Made by a program: the position numbers and the translations under genes
Source: a virus
Direction: 5' to 3' (one strand)
DNA length: 64,000 bases
IMG/VR virus record: IMGVR_UViG_3300027736_000027
Location: 32,001 to 96,000 of that record
Part shown: positions 57,184 through 64,000 of the stretch, in pieces
How the letters are laid out: every line of letters starts with the position of its first letter
Position numbering within the stretch: the stretch's first letter is position 1
The notes under the pieces: model-generated
Told to the model about the DNA's origin: nothing
The model's input: the letters and a program-made list of their open reading frames with translations, nothing else
The model's database searches: none

Positions 57184-57797
57184 TCAAAATCTAATTCCAA
57201 ATCAAAATTATAATAGCTAAAAGTTGCAGTAAAATAGCTAAACTTTGGAACCACTGATGAATAACTTAAGGTTAATTCACTAAGTTGTTTAAGTTGAGGC
57301 CGGTTAAATATTACTGAACTTACTGCATAACCCTCGTTATTTAATAGAGTTAATCGGATTGGACTAAAAAATGGATGATTATTATTGGCAATTGGCGCAA
57401 CCGTTAACGATTGACCAAGTGAAGTATCTCCAATATAAGAGGTTGAGGTGTTTGCTGGTTCTAAATAATTTAGTGCATTATCTAAAAATATAAAATAGTT
57501 AAGATATGCATCAGTTAATTTAAAAGTTAATTTTAACTCTCTAGTAAACATATCAGCAATAGGTTTTGCGCTCTGCACTTCTTGAATTTTGCCTAGTGTT
57601 CTAATTTGAGTAGGCAATACAGTTGTTAAACCTGGAAAATTAACTCCTTGAATGGTAGATGCCATAAAATCTGAAATTGATTTATACGGTAATAATAAAT
57701 TTCTGTAATATTTATCATATCGGGTTTGAACCTCAGCATTAAAAAAATCCTGCGGTAAATTTATTAGAAATCCATTTTGTCTTGAGTTTAAAATCAT
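57180..57797 (-). CDS. tail tube-fold protein (gp3/gp19-like)
   Basis: IQGVNFPG, LKLTFKL, LSELTLSY, FTATFSY. Confidence 0.6.
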   Translation of the reverse strand: MILNSRQNGFLINLPQDFFNAEVQTRYDKYYRNLLLPYKSISDFMASTIQGVNFPGLTTVLPTQIRTLGKIQEVQSAKPIADMFTRELKLTFKLTDAYLNYFIFLDNALNYLEPANTSTSYIGDTSLGQSLTVAPIANNNHPFFSPIRLTLLNNEGYAVSSVIFNRPQLKQLSELTLSYSSVVPKFSYFTATFSYYNFDLELDFD

Positions 57798-57807
57798 ATA
57801 GAATTAT

Positions 57808-60132
57808 CTATACGAGACCAAGTATCGTCTTTAATTGAGATATTACTGAGTCTGCGGTAATTAATTTAGAACATTCAAATTGTCTATCTGTACCTTTGTG
57901 TATCGGACACCAATTCCAGTCACTTGGATCTAACCTGTGTGTATTAAAACAACCTGCACATTTACCAGCCGGCGAACAAATTCTAGTGGTATTGGTAAGT
58001 GGTTCAGTATAGGCATGTGAGAATCCTGAAATTAAGATAGTTGGAGTTCCTAGTGCCCAAGCTAACCAACTCAGACCGCTGCCGATTCCAATAAAAGCCT
58101 CAGATTTTGAAATTTCAGAAATAGCCGCCTCAATTGGACCGCTTGGTAATTTTCTAATACCAGTAGGCTGAATATTTCCCATGAAACCTGAATCTTCTCT
58201 TGAAATTAGGACAACTTCATAATTATGGGAACTACACCAGTCAACAACCTCTTGCCAACCAGTTGGATTATTCCAATATTTAGCCTGACATGTTGCATGA
58301 ATTGCAATTGCAACCTGTTTCTTTTTAGTTTCAGTTGGAATACTTAATTTTGGAACAACTTCTTGATAGTCAAGCCCTAAAATATCAAATGCAGTTTTTT
58401 GCATTGGTTGATTTTTAGTTTCATTAGGATTCATATTTGGATTTAATTCTTCATTTTCACCATAATACCACCCAATTGAGTATAGGGCTTTTACATCGTG
58501 TACTTCATCTCCCGGTTTAATAAATTCTATTTCTGGATAGGTTTTTTCAAAAAAATCATTTTGAAAAGTAGAGCATATAACTTTACACTTGTGTTTTTTA
58601 CGAAATTCTTCAACTGCTGGAAACCAGGCTAGGGTATCACCTAATGATTTTGAATCAAGCGAAATATAGACACGTTTATCTAATAGATCTAATTTTTTGT
58701 TAAACACAATTTCTCCGGACGAAAGGTCTTTTACGGTTATTAACCAGTCAATAAAATAGGTTTTACTGGTTTTAATCCACATACTATTTGAAATTTCTCC
58801 AGAGTGTTCAACTTTGCCGGTTGATTGATTTATAAATTCAACCCAATATTGATTAGGATCGCCTCCGGATAACTCAATATGTGCGCCTCTAACAAAATGA
58901 TGGCCAATATTTAGCGGTTTGCTAGCAGCTGAGTTCACACGGTTAATGATTTCAGACTGACTATTAATATGATCCATTGTCTCTTTTGCAATTTTATCCC
59001 AATTAAAATTTTTATGAATTTCCTTGGCCTGGGATAGTGCCTCCTTTTTATATTTAGCCCAATTGGTATAGGCAGATCTCATTACCTTTGCTAGGTCTAC
59101 AAAGTCAGGCTCATAATAGTTTCCAATACTCTCATTAAAATGAGCATAGGTACTTTCACTAATCGGCCTTTCACCAACTATTTTAACTGGTAAACCTTTA
59201 CCTTCTGCAAATTCTAATTGAGCTGAGCAGTTTGAATAGATTGATGGAGTTCCACAAGCCATTGCCTCAATTAATGGAAGATTCCAACCTTCGGCTCGGG
59301 CACATGAAAGAAATACGTTAGTTGACTTTAATAATTTAATATATTCTTCTCTAGGTGGTAGGTGTAATACTTTAAGGCGGTCATCAGTAAAGTTATAATG
59401 GGCAAGTCTCTCTTCTGTACCGGTTAGCCCATCACCAGAGTATGGATTATCAATACTTAATATTAGGTCAACTGGTTCATCTTTTGAAAATTCAGATAAA
59501 AAAGTTTCTATTAATTCCTTGGTTGACTTTCGGTAATCCCATCTTCCAAATATAGAAAAGGTAAATCTGCCATTACTTGTTAGTGGATGGCTAACCTCTT
59601 CTGGAAAAAATATTTCAGAGTCAACGCCTTCTGGTATAACAAATATTTTATCAGCTGGATAACCTTGAGCAATCGTACAGTCACGTTGCCATTTTGAAGG
59701 AACCCATAATTCATTAAAGTCTAATAGTCTATTAAAAAAAGCTTCAGGTTGTAAAGTTGATTCCCAAACATTATAGGCAATTGAATAGCCTTGATAGTCT
59801 TGATAAAAATAGTGATGATTTGTTTCATTTAAAACTACGTTAATATCTGCTTTGCCTGGATTATGCCAATTTTTATAAATTGGATAGTCAGACAGCCGCT
59901 TATTATGATCCCATAAACTTTGTTGAACTAACATTGTTTTTAGGGTATTATCTAAATACGGCTCACCATTATGTGGTTCATCTGAATAATTAGTCCAGCT
60001 TTTACCTATTGTAAAATTTCTAACTTCAACTGGTGTATACTTTGATAGGGTTTTAAAAAATGACTGAGCATGATTATTATAACCGGTGGTTCCAATAAAC
60101 GAAGTATGAGCCTTTATTTTTAAATTTGACAT
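57808..60132 (-). CDS. fusion of GT4 glycosyltransferase and Aah/TibC-like autotransporter O-heptosyltransferase
   Basis: EGWNLPLIEAMACGTP; SLGDTLAWFP, KYWNNPTGW, FIGIGSGLSWLAWA, CAGCFN...WCP..K...FECSK. Confidence 0.88.
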   Translation of the reverse strand: MSNLKIKAHTSFIGTTGYNNHAQSFFKTLSKYTPVEVRNFTIGKSWTNYSDEPHNGEPYLDNTLKTMLVQQSLWDHNKRLSDYPIYKNWHNPGKADINVVLNETNHHYFYQDYQGYSIAYNVWESTLQPEAFFNRLLDFNELWVPSKWQRDCTIAQGYPADKIFVIPEGVDSEIFFPEEVSHPLTSNGRFTFSIFGRWDYRKSTKELIETFLSEFSKDEPVDLILSIDNPYSGDGLTGTEERLAHYNFTDDRLKVLHLPPREEYIKLLKSTNVFLSCARAEGWNLPLIEAMACGTPSIYSNCSAQLEFAEGKGLPVKIVGERPISESTYAHFNESIGNYYEPDFVDLAKVMRSAYTNWAKYKKEALSQAKEIHKNFNWDKIAKETMDHINSQSEIINRVNSAASKPLNIGHHFVRGAHIELSGGDPNQYWVEFINQSTGKVEHSGEISNSMWIKTSKTYFIDWLITVKDLSSGEIVFNKKLDLLDKRVYISLDSKSLGDTLAWFPAVEEFRKKHKCKVICSTFQNDFFEKTYPEIEFIKPGDEVHDVKALYSIGWYYGENEELNPNMNPNETKNQPMQKTAFDILGLDYQEVVPKLSIPTETKKKQVAIAIHATCQAKYWNNPTGWQEVVDWCSSHNYEVVLISREDSGFMGNIQPTGIRKLPSGPIEAAISEISKSEAFIGIGSGLSWLAWALGTPTILISGFSHAYTEPLTNTTRICSPAGKCAGCFNTHRLDPSDWNWCPIHKGTDRQFECSKLITADSVISQLKTILGLV

Positions 60133-60181
60133 ATAATTAAATCTTTTAAGATTATACTTATATTACACTAGTGGTTTTTAA

Positions 60182-60550
60182 TTAAAATGATAAAGGTACC
60201 CATTCAGATAGGGTTTCATTCCAAGTATAGTGACCACTACTTGGATAGGTTACTTGTGATTTCCATTTAAAATTAGCATCTAATACCCAACTCGGAAAGG
60301 GTTTAGGTGAAATAAAAACATTATTAATTTCATTCCAGGTGTCTCCTATTCCTGCATATTTACTTCTAAAATTTGAATTATAAGAGGTTTGTCTTACCGT
60401 ATCATAATCATAAATACCTTTAATATTTAAAGAGTCTATTAAGTCAATACCTAATTGTTCAACCTCAACTCCATTATCTGTAATTGTAGTATTATCAATA
60501 ACAATTACGGCAACTACAATATTTTCTTTTATCAGTGCAAAATGTGCCAT
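60182..60550 (-). CDS. fibre-associated small protein
   Basis: MAHFAL...QTSYNSNFRSKYAGIG...PKPFPSW; abuts the Gly-rich gene. Confidence 0.7.
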   Translation of the reverse strand: MAHFALIKENIVVAVIVIDNTTITDNGVEVEQLGIDLIDSLNIKGIYDYDTVRQTSYNSNFRSKYAGIGDTWNEINNVFISPKPFPSWVLDANFKWKSQVTYPSSGHYTWNETLSEWVPLSF

Positions 60551-61525
60551 TTATTGGAATTTATATTTTATAATTACTACGCCTGATCCACCATTACCTC
60601 CATGTAAATAGCCTCCACCCGCTTCTCCATATCCACCTCCTCCACCACCGGTGTAATCAGTTCCATCTACTCCATTTGCGCTCGAGCCTCCAGTTGCTCC
60701 AGCTCCTCCACCGCCAGTACCACCAGCGCCGGCTGACCCGCCTGTATAGGTTGAACCACCGCCTCCGCCTCCGTAATAGTTACCATCAATTGCTGCTAAA
60801 ACGCCTGTACCGCCATCACCTCCGTAAACTATACCACTATAATATCCATTTCCTCCAACTGCACCAGCTCCTCCACCGCCGCCTGCACCATAGTTACCTT
60901 TTCCTAATTCTCCTGTTCCATCTCCTCCTGTATTACCTTGACCGGCTGTACCCGAAGCTCCGGCTATTGATGAACCATTACCGGTAACACCCGCGCCACC
61001 GCCACCTGATCCACCAGATAATGGTGCGGCATAATGTGCACCACCTCCACCTCCACCATATGCTGTATTACTATCAAAAGATGAATTTGTACCAGTACTA
61101 CCAGTATTAAAATAGTAATATGCACCGGCTCCACCACCACCAACTGCTACTGAATAGGTTGTTGCTCCTGAAGATAAAGCATAACTTGTGTTTTCAATGA
61201 CGCCGCCGCCACCTCCACCTCCACCGATATATTGTCCACCTCCTCCACCACCTCCTGCAACAATTAATACTTGAAACTTATTATTTGGAGCAGTTCCAAC
61301 TGTACTAACTACAAAGTTTGTACTACCTACACTAGTAAATGTATGTATTTTATAATTACCAGAAGTTGTTACGGTTCCGCCAGTTGCTGAAGTAAATCCA
61401 CCAGAGGTTGTTGTAGTGGTAGTTGATATAACTGGAAGGGCTACTCCAGATATTTTTGTTATAGAGGCTCGAGCAATTCCATTAATTTTAGTAATACTGG
61501 TAGTAGCTACTCCTTTAATTTTCAT
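60551..61525 (-). CDS. glycine-rich (polyglycine-II-type) fibre/adhesin domain protein
   Basis: GGTVTTSGNYKIHTFT, VLIVAGGGGGG, GGSGVVIIKY. Confidence 0.8.
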   Translation of the reverse strand: MKIKGVATTSITKINGIARASITKISGVALPVISTTTTTTSGGFTSATGGTVTTSGNYKIHTFTSVGSTNFVVSTVGTAPNNKFQVLIVAGGGGGGGQYIGGGGGGGGVIENTSYALSSGATTYSVAVGGGGAGAYYYFNTGSTGTNSSFDSNTAYGGGGGGAHYAAPLSGGSGGGGAGVTGNGSSIAGASGTAGQGNTGGDGTGELGKGNYGAGGGGGAGAVGGNGYYSGIVYGGDGGTGVLAAIDGNYYGGGGGGSTYTGGSAGAGGTGGGGAGATGGSSANGVDGTDYTGGGGGGYGEAGGGYLHGGNGGSGVVIIKYKFQ

Positions 61526-61535
61526 AAACCGTGTG

Positions 61536-64000
61536 TTATAATTCTATCCAAGAGCTTTCAGGATTAAAATGTATTATTATTTTTGTATTCGTATTGCTGC
61601 TCCAAAATGTATGCCCTATTAATCTAACCGCATTTCCAACCGTTGTTGGTGCTGTTTTAGTCATACTGCCGGCAGTCGTAGCCATATATAAAGGCTCTCC
61701 AGATTTTACAACAGCTGCATAAGTAGCAGTTTCAACAAATCCATTAATTAATATAGAAGTTGGATTGGTTGATGTTGAAGATTTAACACAAATACCTAAC
61801 ATATTAAATGCAGCTGCTGAGTTTGCTGCGGTTGCATCAGCTAATATCCAAGTGTTGGTTTGTGTCCTATAACATAATTGGCCAAAGGTAATTGTTCCTC
61901 CTGCTGTTTCTGAATATAGTACAGTACCTTGATAATAATTACTAGTCCATGAATTTAAATCTCCAAGTACAGAGGTTACTCCATCTTGTATTGTTCCAGC
62001 TAATGGAGTTGGATTATATCCAGCAACTAATGAAGTTGTTGTCGCTTTTATATTAGTTCCATCATCCGTTATTGTTGAATTACCAACAGTTGAAGAAGAT
62101 GTGAATTTAACAAGGGTATTATTTGTTCCAGAAACAGCAACAGAAGTACCGCTAGAACCTGAAGTTCCAGAAGAACCACTTGACCCATTTGAACCAGTTG
62201 CACCACTAGAACCTGAAGTACCACTAGACCCACTTGAACCAGTTGCACCACTTGATCCACTAGAACCTGAAGAACCAGAAGTTCCAGAAGAACCGTTTGA
62301 CCCGGTTGCGCCACTAGAACCTGAAGAACCTGAAGTTCCACTTGAACCATTTAAACCGTTTGAACCAGTTGCACCGGACGTACCGCTAGAACCTGAAGAA
62401 CCTGAAGTTCCGCTTGAACCGTTTGAACCAGTTCCGCCTGATGTACCAGAAGTTCCATTTACTCCAGAAATACCTGAAGTACCTGAACTGCCACTAATAC
62501 CAGAAGTTCCACTTGAACCGCTTGAGCCTGATGTTCCTGAACTACCGCTTGAACCTGAGCTGCCGCTTGTTCCACTTGAACCAGAAGAGCCTGATGTTCC
62601 AGAGCTACCGCTTGAACCTGATGTTCCACTAGAGCCATTTGACCCAGTTGCACCTGACGTACCAGAGGTTCCGCTTGAACCATTTATACCAGAAGTTCCA
62701 CTTGAACCTGACGAACCTGAAGAACCGGAAGTTCCTGAACTACCACTAGAACCTGAAGAACCTGAACTACCGCTTGAGCCTGAAGAACCAGAAGTTCCAC
62801 TTGAACCTGAAGTTCCGCTTGAACCATTTGCACCGTTTAAGCCAGACGTACCACTTGAACCTGAGTTACCGGAAGTTCCACTTGACCCGCTAGAACCTGA
62901 ATTACCAGAAGTACCGCTTGAACCATTTGCACCAGAAGTACCAGAAGTTCCATTTACTCCAGAAATACCAGAAGTACCACTTGAACCGCTTAAACCTGAT
63001 GTTCCAGAACTACCACTTGAACCTGAAGAACCAGAAGTTCCACTTGAACCAGAAGTTCCGCTTGAACCTGAACTACCACTTGAACCTGATGTACCTGAGC
63101 TACCACTTGAACCAGAAGTTCCAGATATTCCAGATGTTCCACTTGAACCTGATACGCCTGATGTTCCAGAACTACCGCTTGAACCGGAAGAACCTGAACT
63201 ACCGCTTGAACCTGAAGAACCGGAAGTCCCACTTGAACCTGAAGTTCCAGAGCTACCGCTTGAACCTGATATACCAGAAGTTCCACTAGAACCATTTATA
63301 CCAGAAGTACCGCTTGATCCTGAACTACCACTTGAACCTGATGTACCTGAGCTACCGCTTGTTCCACTTGAACCAGAAGAACCAGAAGAACCGTTTGAAC
63401 CAGTTGCACCAGATGTACCAGATGTACCATTTATTCCTGAAATACCAGAAGTACCGCTTGAACCTGAAATACCAGAAGTACCGCTTGAGCCTGAACTACC
63501 GCTTGAGCCTGATGTTCCACTTGAACCACTTGACCCAGAAGTTCCACTTGAACCTGAGATACCGCTTGTTCCACTTGAACCAGAAGAACCTGATGTTCCA
63601 CTTGACCCGGAACTACCGCTTGAACCAGAAGTTCCGCTTGAACCGCTTGATCCAGAAGTTCCGCTTGATCCAGATTCACCACTTGAACCAGAAGAACCTG
63701 AACTACCACTTAAACCTGAGCTACCGCTTGTTCCACTTGAACCAGAAGTTCCAGAAGAACCATTTATACCAGAAGTTCCTGAACTACCGCTTGAGCCGGA
63801 AGTTCCACTAGAACCATTAGACCCAGATGTTCCAGAAGAACCTGAAGTTCCACTTGAACCATTTATACCAGAAGTACCGCTTGAACCCGATGTTCCGTTT
63901 ATTCCTGAAATACCAGAAGTACCGCTTGAACCTGATATACCGCTTGAACCAGAAGAACCAGAAGTACCGCTTGAACCTGACGAACCGCTTGAACCTGAAC
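61536..64000 (-). CDS. very long Gly-X-Y (Ser/Thr) repeat fibre protein, 5'-truncated by the window edge
   Basis: Gly frame at the window edge equals the frame of the C-terminal domain ending WIEL-stop; the ORF track reports only the last 88 aa. Confidence 0.85.
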   Translation of the reverse strand, partial: SGSSGSSGSSGTSGSSGSSGISGSSGTSGISGINGTSGSSGTSGINGSSGTSGSSGTSGSNGSSGTSGSSGSSGTSGINGSSGTSGSSGTSGSSGLSGSSGSSGSSGESGSSGTSGSSGSSGTSGSSGSSGSSGTSGSSGSSGTSGISGSSGTSGSSGSSGTSGSSGSSGSSGTSGISGSSGTSGISGINGTSGTSGATGSNGSSGSSGSSGTSGSSGTSGSSGSSGSSGTSGINGSSGTSGISGSSGSSGTSGSSGTSGSSGSSGSSGSSGSSGSSGTSGVSGSSGTSGISGTSGSSGSSGTSGSSGSSGSSGTSGSSGTSGSSGSSGSSGTSGLSGSSGTSGISGVNGTSGTSGANGSSGTSGNSGSSGSSGTSGNSGSSGTSGLNGANGSSGTSGSSGTSGSSGSSGSSGSSGSSGSSGTSGSSGSSGSSGTSGINGSSGTSGTSGATGSNGSSGTSGSSGSSGTSGSSGSSGTSGSSGSSGSSGTSGSSGSSGTSGISGSSGTSGISGVNGTSGTSGGTGSNGSSGTSGSSGSSGTSGATGSNGLNGSSGTSGSSGSSGATGSNGSSGTSGSSGSSGSSGATGSSGSSGTSGSSGATGSNGSSGSSGTSGSSGTSVAVSGTNNTLVKFTSSSTVGNSTITDDGTNIKATTTSLVAGYNPTPLAGTIQDGVTSVLGDLNSWTSNYYQGTVLYSETAGGTITFGQLCYRTQTNTWILADATAANSAAAFNMLGICVKSSTSTNPTSILINGFVETATYAAVVKSGEPLYMATTAGSMTKTAPTTVGNAVRLIGHTFWSSNTNTKIIIHFNPESSWIEL
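62144..64000 (-). repeat. about 200 degenerate 9-bp units encoding GSS/GTS/GSN/GAT/GIN triplets
   Basis: recurrent GAACC, GAAGTTCC, GAACTACC, CTTGAACC on the + strand. Confidence 0.95.

Noticed and set aside
62069-63811. Several Val/Gln/Leu- or Asn/His-rich ORFs
   Set aside because: Alternative-frame shadows of the 9-bp repeat in the single Gly-X-Y ORF
1-64000. Stop-codon reassignment as in some large phages
   Set aside because: Conserved genes are full length in code 11, and TAA, TAG and TGA all end genes at sensible positions

Overview
AT-rich, gene-dense 64-kb segment of a large T4-like (myovirus-type, probably jumbo) phage read in genetic code 11. The host is probably Bacteroidota: Bacteroidota-type DnaK, DUF3127 and DUF4494 proteins, and A-rich translation starts without Shine-Dalgarno. 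It carries morphogenesis genes (gp17-like terminase, gp6-like wedge, gp15-like tail terminator, gp26/gp51-like pair, fibres), DNA repair and metabolism genes (Fpg, UvsE, ligase, exonucleases, Gmk, Nudix), PhoH, an ECF-type sigma factor, DnaK, an HDAC-family deacetylase and a complete tmRNA with a long tag. Main unexplained signals: (1) about 24 unrelated proteins share an N-terminal leader resembling the T4 capsid-targeting sequence plus an (I/L/V)-x-E protease site, implying a large packaged cargo set of wall enzymes, annexin-like and pre-toxin membrane domains, a GNAT, nucleotidyltransferases and an ATP-grasp ligase; (2) two candidate programmed frameshifts; (3) a GC-rich element with helically phased CCWGG sites and 57-60 bp repeats; (4) a GT4/heptosyltransferase fusion near a huge Gly-Ser/Thr triplet fibre; (5) a T4 BGT-like enzyme beside an FkbM methylase; (6) two promoter classes that largely split cargo/structural genes from metabolic genes. 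All family calls come from reading motifs by eye; no searches were run.
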